Below, piece by piece: positions 51,001 to 63,644 of a stretch of 64,000 nucleotides of DNA. This stretch comes from Azolla caroliniana (Eukaryota; Plantae; Polypodiophyta), in NCBI GenBank assembly GCA_043228905.1, contig JBHGNT010000003.1, forward strand, positions 17,360,001 to 17,424,000, written 5' to 3'. Positions within the stretch are counted from its first letter, which is position 1; every line of letters starts with the position of its first letter. Both the position numbers and the translations under genes were made by a program. The notes below the pieces were generated by a model. It did no database searches. It worked only from the letters and a program-made list of their open reading frames with translations, and had not been told where the DNA came from.

Positions 51001-54000
51001 GAATATGGGGCGCGATGGAATGAAGAGGTTGATGGAAGAGGCCGCGGCACGACACGTCGAAACCGTCAACTACTCGGTGTCGACGGGAATTCGGGTCGGG
51101 GGTGATGAGACCTGGAAGGCGAAGGACTCCGGATTTTGGCCGCTAGTGCTAGAAGGCCTCTCCGGAGTTCGGCTGAAGAAGGAAGAGGCGGACCGCGCGG
51201 AACAACGGGTCCAGGAGGTCACCGGTTGGGACGATCCGGTCGAAGAGAAAACGGGCTTCGTAGAAGCCGCTTGCCAGAACTACGAGATTCTGGTGTAGGA
51301 CAAACGGGCAGGAAAGGCCGGAGGGGTCGGCCCCCGCAGAGGTATGAGACCCGGTTCGGACCGAAACCGACCGGTGCCGGCAACCCGGGCGCGCCGGACG
51401 GAAAGAAGCAGGCGGGGTTTCGGTTGAGCACCGAGATCAAAAGGACCACAGACCTGTGAAAGGTCCTGGAGGAACGTATCCTCGATAGAAAAGTGGAGCT
51501 GTCATTGTGGGAGGTGTTGGGAATCGCCAAGAGGGAGTTCCACGACTCTATCGTAGACTTGGTGAAGCGGAAGAGGCTCTTGACGGAGCTGGAACCGGAG
51601 AAGCCGGTGGAGGTGCAGACCACGCACCTGGAAGACGAAGCCCTGGAAGACGAGCTGGCGGGAAGCCACTACATGAAGCCGCATTGGGCCAGGGCAACTA
51701 CGGAAACCCCTGTACGGATCGACAACGTTCTGGAACCGGTGGTGGCGTTGGTAGACCATGGATCCGAAATCAACCTGATGTCCATGGATTTCTACAAGAA
51801 GGGTAAATGGCCGATCAACACCAAGCACGGCTAGAAGATACGGGCAGCGATGCGCGCCATGGAAGAACTACATGGGGCCTGTCCGAACGTATGGGTGAAA
51901 ATCGACGATGTCGAGATCAACCAACACTTCTTCGTGCAGGAGACGTCCTCGCATCCGGTTATACTAGGAGAGCCATATATCACGGCGGCACGGATGGAGA
52001 CCAAGGTGCTGGACAACGGTTCAGCCTATGCAAGAGTCAAGAGCCAGGACGGGCGTCACTCGGTCCAGTTCCTAACGGTGCGACCAAACCACGAGCGTAA
52101 CCGCGAGGCCCTCGGCGGCGAAACCCGAGGGGATTTTTAGAGAGGGCTATCAAGGCGTGGGGCCGCGATAGTCAGGACACCCGGGAAGAACCCCACAAAT
52201 GTACAGTATGGAAGAAGACCTGTACCATAGGTAGGAAATTTTGGTTCTCCGACAACGGAGGTTGTACTATAACCGGTGTCAGCGGCTGGGAGAGGAAGCG
52301 AGCGGAGGAGCGGCTCAGGGGATGCGGAGTCCTCTTCCCCGACGAAGACATTAGCGGCGCCGTGGAGGCAGTCTCTTTTGACGACACCTTGGGCGAACTG
52401 CGAAAGGTGATCGGTGAAGACCTTAGAGAAGACCAGAACATTCCGGTAGGGTCAATGGGAATGTACGAAGTCATCGCAGACTTCGGGGAAAGGATCGGGT
52501 TGGATCGGATGGTCCACGTGGATACAAAGTACAAGACTGTGGACCGGAACGTGAGGCCAGTCGTGGCACCCTTGCCGGAGGGCAGCGAGGAGCGGATAAA
52601 AGGGGTCGTGTCGGACCCAAGTTTACGGAATCCTGTTGGCATAGGGCACCGGTTCACCGACATAACGCTACGGGAGCTCAAGTCGGTGGGGGCAGCTTTC
52701 TACTGCCGGTGGAGGAGGACCGGTTTCGGAGAATGCTCGGGAGGCACGAGAAGGCTTTCGCATTCTCACCGGAGGAGATCGGGTGCGTAGACCTGACAGT
52801 TGTCGAACCGATGGTGATCTTCACGGTACCGCATGTACCGTGGAATCTCAAGCCGATTCTGGTGCCGAGAGCTCACATCCCGAAGTTCATGGAGCTCCTG
52901 AAACAGAAGGTGGAGATGGGCATCCTCGAACCGTCGCGTGCCCCGTATTCGAATTGGTGGTTTACGGTGCCGAAGAAGAACGGCACGCTGCGCTTCATTC
53001 AGGACTTGCAACCGATCAACAAGGTGACCATCCGTAATGCAGGAATCGGACCGACCATAGACGAGTTCGCGTAGGCCTTCGCTGGAAGGTCGATCTATTG
53101 TGTCGGTGATCTGTACTCGGGGTACGATCAGTTCCAACTAGCCGTGGAGAGCAGAGACATTACAACGATGCGGACTCCTCTCGGCCTAGTTCGGATGTGT
53201 ACCCTGCTACAAGGAGGGACGAACTCAGTGGCTCACATGGTGAACGCGATGCACAAAGTGCTCAGGGATTGTATCCCGGACATCACCATGCCATTCTTAG
53301 ACGGCATCCTGATCAGGGGATGCCCGGTGGAGAAAAAGGACGAGGCAATCGGGCCGGACGGATGTCAGAATTTTGTGGCGTCCCACATCAATGACTGCGA
53401 GAAGGTGCTGTAGAGACTAGAAGGCGCGAGGCTCACCTTCTCCGGGGAAAAGTCGGCCTTCGGGCAATCAGAGATCATGGTCTTCAGGCACCTATGCGGA
53501 CCATACGGTCGGAAACCATCTCCGGCCAAGGTGGAAGCCTTCTCCGCGATGAAGCATGACTGCAATTCGGTCATGGAGGTCCGCAGATTGTTGGGAGCAT
53601 GCGCGTTCTACCACATCTGGATCCCGCACTACGCACATGTCGCGGAACCCCTCTATGGACTATTGAAAAAGGGGCGTAGCTTTGAGTGGAGAACGGATCA
53701 CACGGAGTTAGTGCGGAGACTAAAGGAGGCACTTACGGTAGCGCCGGCTCTCCGTAAAGCGGTTTACAGCAAGGATGTTCCCATCTGCGTGACGGTGGAC
53801 ACCAGCCCGACCGGGATCGGGTGGGTAATCAGTCAGGAGGACAAGGATGGCATACGATTCCCAATCTGGTTCAGGGCAAAGGTATTGAGCGAGCGGCAGC
53901 GAGGATACGCCCAAGTTAAGCGCGAGCTTTGGGTTGTCATTTCGGCAGTCAAGGCCGACAAGAATTATCTGATTGGGACGGAGGTGATCATCGAGATGGA

Positions 54001-56906
54001 CTGCCTGCCGATACTCGACATGGTTTCCGGATGCGCGACGCCGGACCTAGCAATGCTCCGGTGGATAGCGTACATTAAGTCCATGAACCCGGAGATACGA
54101 CACATCTCCGGAAAGGACAACGCCATGGCCGACATGCTTTCGAGGGCAAGGTTCAACGACGAAGACGGCATGGTTTCGGATGATGAAGAAGTCGGCGAGG
54201 ACTTCTTTGGGTCGGCTAACGTAACGACGAGGAAAAGCGACACTCCGGCGCTTAACAAATTTGACGAAAGCAGGTACGACGGGGAGTGGCTCCAAATCGG
54301 GAGGTTCCTACGGACGATGACGCCAGACGCAACATGGGTGACAGAGGAGGCGAACCGGGTACGGAAGAAGGCGTACCGATTCTTCCTGCGAGACGGGTGC
54401 ATATGGAGGCACCCAAAGAAGAGGAGCGGCATCCCACTCTGAGTAGTGGCAAAGAAAGAAGAACAGGGGAAATTACTGGCGGCATTTCACGAGAGCCCCT
54501 GGGCCGGACACCGCGGAACGTGGGCCACGTTCGAGAAGCTGAACGAGAAGTACTGGTGGCCGGGGCTGTACCAGGACGTGCATCGGTTCGTAACGACTTG
54601 CGAAAGCTGTCAGATGCACTCCGTAGTTCGACACCGGGACGAGCTACACCCGACCTACCTGCCTACGGTCCATTTGAAGTGGATGGTAGACTTGGTGACG
54701 ATGCCGATGGGGGTAGGACAGATGCGATACCTGGTGCTTGCACGGGAAGACTTAATGAACCAGGTGAAAGGTCGTGCATTGCAAAGCAAGACAATGATGG
54801 CGGTATGCCGGTTCCTGATCGAAGAAGTAGTGTGTCGGTACGGGTGCGTCGGGAGGATCGTGGCGGATCGGGGAGAGTTGGATGCGCGGGAGGCTGAGGA
54901 GGTGTTCGACCGGCTAGGCGTCAAACTCTCCCTCACTACGGCGTACATTCCGGAGGCGAACGGAAAGGTGGAACGTGGGCACAGGCCGATCGTAAAGGCG
55001 TTGGTGCGTGCATGCGGAGGGCAGGTCGGGAATTGGCTGCGACTCCTTCCTTACGCACTGTGGGCAGACCGAACTACGCACAGTTCGGTGACAGGGTTTA
55101 TGCCGGCAGAGCTGATGTACGGACAGAAGCCGATCATGCCGGTGGAACGGACGGTTTCTTCATGGGCGGCGGTAGATTGGAAGGACGAAATGAGCCGGGA
55201 GGAGTTGCTGGTGGTGTGGATTCGGCAACTCGAGTGGAGGCCGGAGGATGTGATACAGGCGAAGGAAAAGCTGCGAGTGGCAAGGGAGCGGAACAAGACC
55301 CAGTTCAACTAGACGCACCGGTTGCGACCAAAGAAGATCGAGGAAGGCGACTGGGACTTGGTATATGACAACAGCCTCGACAATCAGCACAAGGTGGTGC
55401 GAAAGTTCGCTAGGAGATGGTTTGGGCCCTACACGGTGATGAGCGCGAACGACGACACGTACCACCTCGCGGAACTCGACGGTACACGGTTAGCTGTGTC
55501 GGTGGCCGGGAAGCAGATCAAAGAGTTCAAGAAGCGGTTCGAAGACAAGCCGAAGCCGGCGAGCGAGAGTAACGACGATGATCAGTTCGGGTCCGGCGGA
55601 GAATCGGAGAATGACGAGTGAAGCCGGTTTTCTTCGGTGTCTACCCGTCTCTGGCGCATGCTGGTGGATGCGCGGTTTGGTAGGGGTGGATGTCATGAAG
55701 AAAACCGGCCATAGGCGGAATCGAAGAAAAAGGCGCATGAACCGGCTCTTAAACGGGTGGACACGAGGATTGATATATTGTACATAATTCGTAATTAAGG
55801 CGACTGGTGTAAATACTAGGTAGTGCACATTTATTAGGGGATTTTGTGCGTATCTCTGTCGATAGGGATAGGGAATAAAGCAGTTTGGCTAAGGAAAAGG
55901 GGAGCACCCCCTTTTGGGGAACTATTTAAGGAGAGAGAGGAGGAAGGAACGGGGGAGATAGCGCGCTAGGGAGGACGAAGTGCTGTTGGAGATCTGGGTG
56001 CCAAGCTTTCTCTTCTCCTACTGCCGTCCGTCTTTGTGGGTCGGAAGCTCGCTGCCTCTGCTTCGTGGACAGCCCGTGCGCTTCCAGCAGAGGCTCTCCC
56101 CCCTTTTTTGTTTTGTTTCTGGGAGTCGAGCAAGTGTTGTCTGTGTGTGTGAGTAGGATCCCCGTGTCGGGTCCATCGCCGCCTTGCCGGTTGTAACCGT
56201 CAGAGTCGTATTCTCTTGTCGTTGTAAACTCTTGTTATTGAAATCGAGTGTTACGTTCTATATCTCTCCTTCTCTCTTCGCGTATCTACAAGTCTCTCTC
56301 TCTCTCTCTCTCCTCGGTTCAAGAACCCCGTGGTCCCGCCCCTTCTACACGCACGCGCGTAACAACGCGACACCATTTCAACCATTCTTCGGAGCTTATC
56401 CTTTTCTTGCAGCAATTTTTCTCTTTCCTCCTTCAGCCGATCGTTACTTGCATGACTTTTTTGGATATTTTCCTCTAGTCTCCGCTTCTCCTCTTTGGCT
56501 GTCTGCTTTTGCGCTCTCTCTCTTTCCCACAATGCTTCTTGAGTGGCGAGCTCTTCCCTTAAGGTTAACATTTCCTTTGCTTGCTCAACATCTTTTCTAG
56601 GGGTTGTACTCACCACTAGCTGTGCCTCCGTTTTCGGAGTTTCCTTCTATAGATTAGCCGGTAGCACCGACTCCGTTACTGCACTTGTAGTTTGGCTCAT
56701 GTTGGCCATGATGGCTGCGTATTCCTTGGCCCTTTTTAACTCTTCTTCCAGGCTCCACATCTGTGCCCGAGCCTTCTCTAATTCTTTGGTTGTGCCTAGT
56801 AACCGTTCCACCTGACTTTTGGCCTGCCGCTGTTCGTCCTCCATTCGGTTGGCCACCCCGACTACTTGTTCTCCAATCCATTTTAACCATTGGCAGCATG
56901 TTCCAT
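48058..56906 (-). pseudogene. Disrupted coiled-coil ORF antisense to element J, split by element H (pieces 56906-56377 and 49245-48058)
   Basis: E/K/R/Q-rich heptad-like ORF pieces (56856-56647, 56616-56377, 48872-48564, 48622-48215). The reading ...KLRRMVEM | TEIEWLKEE... joins across the H insertion. Confidence 0.6.
49246..56372 (+). mobile_element. Full-length non-chromoviral Ty3/gypsy element H (tRNA-Trp primed)
   Basis: LTRs 49246-49961 and 55691-56372, PBS TGGTGAACCCAACGTGAA 49966-49983, PPT GGTAGGGGTGGA before 55691, 4-bp TSD CCGT/CCAT. Gag (CMWCDGIGHIWKDC), PR (LVDHGSE), RT, RNase H (VTVDTS) and INT (VADRGEL, RRWFGPY); no chromodomain. Confidence 0.93.
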
Positions 56907-57169
56907 TGTCGTGAAGTTTCGCACGCGTGTGTTACTTAGGCGGGACCACGGGGGCCTTGGACTAGGGAGTATGAAGGGATAGAGAAGACCCGAGGTTTGC
57001 TTTACAACAAGAGTACTCCCAGGCAAGGGCTCGTTGCCCCTTTTGTGGGGCCAGTGGTTTTCATTGATCAAGACTCATCGAGTTTTCGAGATCACTGCAT
57101 GAGCCAAGTGATCAAATGGGTACAAGCAAATATGAGCACGCAAAATGAACGCACAACGGGATGAGAACA

Positions 57170-58022
57170 AAAACACGAATGCATGTACGCCTTTATGAGG
57201 AGGAGAGGTGCATTGGCAAGCCCGAACGCTCCCTCGTAACACGATGCCGAATGTACAAGGACGACACAAAACACACACACGAACGCTCGTACGCCTTTAT
57301 GAGGAGAGGTACATGGGCAAGCCCGAATGCCTCCTCGTCACAAAACGGTCGAATGTACAAGAAAGACACAAAACATGCGCACGAATGCTTTTACGCCTTT
57401 ATGAGGAGGAGAGGTGCATGGGCAAGTCCGAACGCTCCCTTGTCACAAGACAGCTGAACGTACAAGGAAGACACAAAACACACGCATGAATGCTCGTACG
57501 CCTTTATGAGGAGAGGTGCATAGGCACGCCTGAAATGCTCCCTCGTCACAAGATGGCCGAACGTACAAGGAAGATACAAACACATGCACAAATGCTCATA
57601 CACCTTTAGGAGGAGGAGAGGTGCATGGGCACACCCGAAACGCTCCCTCGTGACAAGACGACCGAACATACAAGGAAGACACAAACACACGCACAAATGC
57701 TCGTATGCCTTTAAGAGGAGGAGAGGTGCATGGGTATGCTCGAAACGCTCCCTTATCACAAGACGATCGAACGTACAAGGAGACGATAATTAAAGAAAGA
57801 AAACACCTCGTACGCCTTTATGAGGAGGAGAGGTGCATGGGCATGCCCGAAACGCTCCCTCGTCACAAGACGGCCGAACGTACAAGGAAGACACAAACAC
57901 ACGCACAAATGCTCGTATGCCTTTAAGAGGAGGAGAGGTGCATGGGTATGCTCGAAACGCTCCCTTATCACAAGACGATCGAACGTACAAGGAGACGATA
58001 ATTAAAGAAAGAAAACACGAAT
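57170..58022. repeat. About 105-bp tandem repeat (about 8 copies) inside the LTR of element I
   Basis: TA(C/T)GCCTTTA recurs at about 57186, 57290, 57392, 57497, 57599, 57704, 57811 and 57916. The last four units form a 212-bp dimer duplication. Confidence 0.9.
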
Positions 58023-59967
58023 GAAATTGGCTAAAGAAGTAGACATGTAAGTTCGATTGCAATGCAAGAGTGCCCTTTATAAAATAGGGTTTGATTACAA
58101 TGTGGCGACTTCTAGTTAACCACAAGCTCAACAAAACATAAATACTAAATGCCCTTAGAGACAAGAGCAAATCCAAACACCGAGCACGAACACGAAGAAG
58201 ACGAGCACACCACACCACAAAAATGCCGACCCCAACAAACCACGACCACCCGAACGGTGAGCACACGGGCTCGCAACGACGAACGGGGCCAAAGCAACCC
58301 CGAACCAACGAGGCTCAGGCTCACGAGCACCGTAAACGACTCGAGCACTTCGAGTGCCAACACGAAGAAGATGAGCACGTGGCGATGAGAGGATGAAGGG
58401 GTATGAGATGAAGAAAAATGGTGAAGATGAAGATGAAGAGTTCCGAAAGAAAAATGGCGATAGTCTCCTCCTTCCAAATAAGCCCCCCTCAACCTCCTTT
58501 TATAGCAAAAAAAGGAAGGGGGTCGCCACATTTGTCTTCAATGTAAAAGGAATAAAATTCCTGAAATCATGCTACATTGTAAGACCAGATTTGAACCGTG
58601 CACCTTTAGCTAGGAATCAATATGTCTATCCAATAGCGCATTAACTCTCTATTATGTAATATGTAATTCTATACCTAGAAATTCATAGCATGTCTCCTCT
58701 CTACTTTTCATCTCTCCTCTCTCTTACTTTTTATACGAGTTTCTATACCTCCTTTCCACCATTTCTTTTCCCTTTTTTTTTGCAGGCGCACAATCAATTG
58801 CCTGTGTGCACATACATTGCACATGCACATTTTGACCCCCCATTTCGCTGGTTTTTCCCACACTCGAGCACACCACATCACGACATCCACCCCCACCAAA
58901 CTGCACATTCTCTGGTATGTACCAAGAATGGCGGGCTGAGGTGGTCAATAGTTCATTTCATGCTCCTCATTGACCCCGCGGCTTGTCGTTTTCTCGCCTT
59001 TATCTTCGTCAAGGTCATCAAGGTTTTGCTTCTTGTCGTGTCGCTTTCTGAAGATTTTGACCCACTTCCCTGCTATTGGTACTTCCAGCTTGGTCCCATC
59101 GAGTTCAGCGAGGTGGTAGATGGCATTATTGTTTGCACTCGTTACCACGTACGACCCGAACCATCGCTTTGCGAATTTCCGCATCGAGCTATGTTGATTG
59201 TCAAGACTGCTATCATACATAATCACCCAGTCTCCTTCTTCAATCTTTCGAGGGCGTAGTCGGTGTGTCTTGTCGAATCGGGCTTTGTTACTTAGCCTAG
59301 CCACTTCTAACCTCTCCTTCGCCAACTCCAAGTTTTCGAGTTTTCTCTCAAGTTGCCTTATCCTTGTTGCTAGAAGCTCTTCTCGACTCATCTCGTTTTC
59401 CCATGGCATCGCTACCCATGACGTGATCGTGCCTTCAATGGGCATCACCAGCTTTTGTCTGTACATGAGTTCAACTAGCATGAAAACTGTAACTGAGCTA
59501 TGAGTTGTTCTGTCGGCCCACAAGGCATAAGGTAGTAACCGAGGCCAGTTCCCGACTTGCCATCACAAGCTCTTACAATGGATTTTATGATAGGCTCGTG
59601 TCGGTGTTCTATCTTTCCATTAGCCTCCGGGTTATAAGCGGTCGTGAGAGAGAGCTTCACTCCAAGTCGTTCAAAGAGCTCTGTAGCTTCATGAGCGTTC
59701 AACTCTCCTCTGTCGGCCACTATCTTTCCCACACATCCGTACCGGCATATGACATCCTTGAGTAAGAATTTACACACCCCCGCCATCGTTTTGTTTGCTA
59801 AGGATCGCCCTTCTACTTGGTTTGTTAGGTCTTCTCTTGCTAGCACCAAATATTTCATTTGGCCCACTCCCATCATCATTGAAACCAAATCCACCATCCA
59901 TTTGAAGTGTATGGTGAGTGGGTAGGTCGGGTGCAACTCGTCCCTATGAAGTATGTTTGAGTGTATT

Positions 59968-60520
59968 TGTTACGGGCATGACCATATAATATCCCGTGGT
60001 GAGAATTTACCGTATTATTCTATACACGTGGATAAGTGTGAGGGTTAAATGAGAGTGTAAAGAAGGGGAGGATTACTTTTAATCCTCGGGATTGAGACAA
60101 CCCATTAGGCCAAGTGTGAACTTGCTTGGGGTCCTTGGGTATCTCTATAAATAAGAGGCCTAACTACCCTCATTTCATCATCTTTTGACTACGTCGAGAC
60201 TCTGTTTCTCGGTGGTTTAACTCTTGTAGCGAGCGTGCCACCACCAGGTACGACTCGACACCACGACGGTCGTATGGGACGCCGATCGAGTCTTGAGTCC
60301 GTCTCGATCCGTTCGCTCGGGGGTGGTCGGGTAGATCGACACCCTTCTTTCTCTCTCTCCTCTCTATCTAGATCTATCATTTATCCTTATCCTTTGCTTA
60401 CATTAGTACATATTTCTAATAGTTGGTATCATATGTTATGGGCATGACCATATAATATCCCGTGGTGAGAATTTACCGTAGTATTCTATACACGGGATAT
60501 TATATGGTCATGCCCGTACA
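59968..60520 (+). mobile_element. Aberrant LTR insertion: LTR + truncated iMet PBS + repeated LTR start folded back as an inverted repeat
   Basis: LTR 59968-60421, TGGTATCA 60424-60431, LTR start repeated at 60434-60494, inverted copy 60491-60520. Flanks are GTATT/ATATC; it interrupts the CESC-IHS integrase zinc finger of element I. Confidence 0.75.
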
Positions 60521-60923
60521 ATATCTTGCAACTTTCACACGTCCCCACGAAATGGGCGACATACTTGTACATTCCCAGCCACCAATACTTCTCCATTAAC
60601 TTCTCAAATGTTGCCCACGATCCTATGGCCCACCCAAGACTCTCATGGAACTCCGACACCAATGTTGTCTGGTTCTCTTCCTTGATGACCACTTGTTGTG
60701 GCGTCCCTGTCCTTCTCTTCGGGTGCCTCCAGAGGAATCCCCCTCGTAGGAAGTACTTGTATGTTTTCTTTCAGACTTTATGTGCTTCCTCCTTCGACCA
60801 TAAACTATCCACCATCATTGAGCTTAAGAACTTGCCAATGTGTAGCCACTCCCCTTCGTATTCACTTTCGTTGAAGGTGTGGAGTACTCACACATCTCGG
60901 TCATCTATAGACGCTTGAGCCGT

Positions 60924-61991
60924 TGTCGTGAAGATTTTCGGCAATAGTGTGAAAATTGCATGGAATGTACAAAATCAAGTGTGGTTCTTCACACACAATA
61001 TGAAACAATAATAGTGAAGATACTATTTTATATTAGTTTAATATCTTGGTACAAAAAGATGGATGTCTTCAAAAGTTTTCGAATGCGTTTTACTACATTT
61101 GAAACGGACAACTAAATGTCAAGTTATGTGAGTGTAAAGTTTGAGAAGAAGAAGAGAAAAAACAAAACTATGAGATATCCCACATAGATAGGACAAATCA
61201 GGATCCCACAATATATAAACAGAGCCAGAACTTATTACTTTTTGTCTATGTGTGGAGCATAGAATGTTCAAGGTGACTTGGGCAAAACTATTCGAATTGA
61301 TTGATGTGGCTTAACTAATTGTAATGGTTTTGGAGAACTGGACCGGACGAACGACGATGGAATCGAAACCGGGACTAGGACCGGACCGGACGAAATGTGG
61401 ATCGGATGCGGATCGAACTGGTCGGGACCGGACAGACGGATCGGTCAGATAGGTCGATCACGATGCACGGTGTGTTGAAGATTTTTGGTGTGAAATGAAA
61501 AAGCCAAGTCATTTCTTTAAGTTATATTTTTATCATTATACTTTCACATGTAAATTCTCATACATAAGAGCTTGAATGAGTGACATGGTTATCATGTAAC
61601 ACATGTAATGCATGAGCGCCAAATGGCAAATATGCATCTCATGCATTTCATACATTACATGCATGTCTTGCACCCTCACATGCATCATATAAAAGAGTGG
61701 ATGAAAAAGAAAAACAAGCTATGTATTAATCAAGAAATTAATAAAAAAAAAGAAAATTCGTTATCCAATTGGTGATGTATTAATATTAATCTTGTTTCTC
61801 AAATCTAAAGTCAAGGGTTCAATCTTAATCTCCCTCTCTCTCCATTTCAATCTTTCTCTCACAATATCAATCTCTCTCAATCTATCTTAAATACTTTCTC
61901 GCTAAAGCTAGTACAAACTTCGAATCCTTCCGGTCCAGGACCCTGGCGGTTCCGCCTCACGATCCGCACATAGTGACGGATTTTCACGACA
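60924..61991 (+). mobile_element. Solo LTR of the TGTCGTGA-ended gypsy group
   Basis: TGTCGTGAAG...TTTCACGACA termini and perfect 4-bp TSD CCGT (60920-60923 and 61992-61995); no coding content. Confidence 0.82.
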
Positions 61992-63293
61992 CCGTCTTAA
62001 AGAAGTCAAGAGCGACCTCATCTTCAGACACCATGTCGCTTTCGCCCTCGAATCTTGCCCTCGATAGCATATCTACCATGGCATTATTCTTCCCTAAAAT
62101 GTGATGAATCTTTGGGTTCATTGATTTGATGTAAGCAATCCATCTTAGCATCGCTAAGTCAGGTGTTGCACATCCCGAAACCATCCCTAGGATTGGAAGG
62201 CAATCCGTCTTTATTACCACCTCTTACCTGATTAGGTAATCTTTATTTGCCTTCACTGTTGACACAATACCCCAAAGCTCAAGTTTTACTTGGGAGTATC
62301 CTCGTTGTTGCTCGCTTTAGACCTTGGCTTCGAACCGCATGGTGTAGCGTGCACCATCCTCTCCTTCTTGGTTGATGACCCATCTGATCCCTGTTGGACT
62401 TGTATCTACCGTCACGTAGATGGGCACCCCTTCCTTGTATACGACTTTTCGTAAAGCTGGAGCCGCTACCAACATTCCTTTGAGCCTATTCATTGCCTCT
62501 GTGTGCTCTTACTCCCACTTGAACTTCTGCCCCTTCTTGAGTAGCCCATACAAAGGCTCGGCTAGGTGAGCGTAGTGTGGGATCAAGATGTGGTAGAATG
62601 CACAGGCACCAAGAAATCGCCTCACCTCTGTTTGCGATTTACATTCTTCCCTCATGTTTGTGATGGCGTCCACCTTTGCTGGGGATGGCTGCGATTTACA
62701 TTCTTCCCTCATGTACGCCCCACACAAGTGTCCCACCACAAGAATCTCTAGTTGGCCGAATGCCGATTTCTCACCTGAGAAGGTCAAGTGTGCATATTCG
62801 AGTCTTTGTAGAACCTTCTCGTAATCGGTGATGTGATCTGCCACAAAATTTCTACACCCATCCTCATCCAAGGTTTCATCTTTCTTAGCTTTAGAGCACT
62901 CTTTTATGGGATGTCATCGAGGAATGGCATGGTGATGTCGGGGATGCAATCTCTCAATACCTTGTTCATTGCGCTTACCATGTGGGCTACAGAGTTAGTG
63001 CCTCCTTGTGGCAAGGTACACATTCGCACTAGGCCGATAGGGGTCCACATCGTGGTGATGTTCTTACTCTCCACGGCTAGCTGGAATTGTTCATACCCTG
63101 AGTATAGATCATCGATCGAATAAATAGACCTTCCAGCGAAGGCCTCGACGAATTCGTCAACGCTCGGTCCAACCCCTGCATTTTGAATTGTCACTTGATT
63201 AACAGGTTGTAGGTCTTTGATTAAGCGTAAGGTGTCGTTCTTCATTGGCATAGTGAACCACCGATTCGAGTATGGGGCGCTTCATGGCTCGAG

Positions 63294-63560
63294 CATAGTA
63301 TGAACCATACGTACCATACGTGCATTCGCATTCGTGAAAGAAAAACACCCTCAAAGAATGATAAATACCATACTTTTGGATTAAATATTTATTATGAGGT
63401 AGATAAGCCTAAAAATAAAAATATAAACAAAAAAGAAACATTAAAAAAATGGGAAAAAAACAAAAGAAAAACACAAGAATGTTTGGATAACATTCACATT
63501 CATTTTCCAACGTAGGAAAACGAATGTTATACTAGACGAACACAAATTTTACGTACTATG
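63294..63560. mobile_element. hAT-type MITE (267 bp)
   Basis: TIR CATAGTATG / CGTACTATG and perfect 8-bp TSD GGCTCGAG (63286-63293 and 63561-63568). Confidence 0.9.
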
Positions 63561-63644
63561 GGCTCGAGGATACCCATCTTGATCTTTTCCTTGAGTAGCT
63601 CAATCAACTTTGGGATGTGAGCTCTCAGAACCGGGATTGGTTTG

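Larger units (their letters stand above)
56907..63644 (-). mobile_element. Ty3/gypsy element I (related to H), 3' part, with four nested insertions
   Basis: 3' LTR 56907-58885 (TGTCGTGA...TCACGACA), PPT GGTGGGGGTGGA 58886-58897. INT 59936-58945 and RH/RT fragments to 63644 are clearly similar to H pol (MPFLDDIP, QGGTNSVAHM). Confidence 0.88.

Noticed and set aside
60924-61991. TIR DNA transposon
   Set aside because: The short inverted ends match the TGTCGTGA...TCACGACA LTR termini and 4-bp TSD of the H/I gypsy group, so a solo LTR is more parsimonious.
62634-62715. Repeated MREECKSQ peptide in element I RT
   Set aside because: A local about 24-bp duplication in a dead copy, with no evidence of function.
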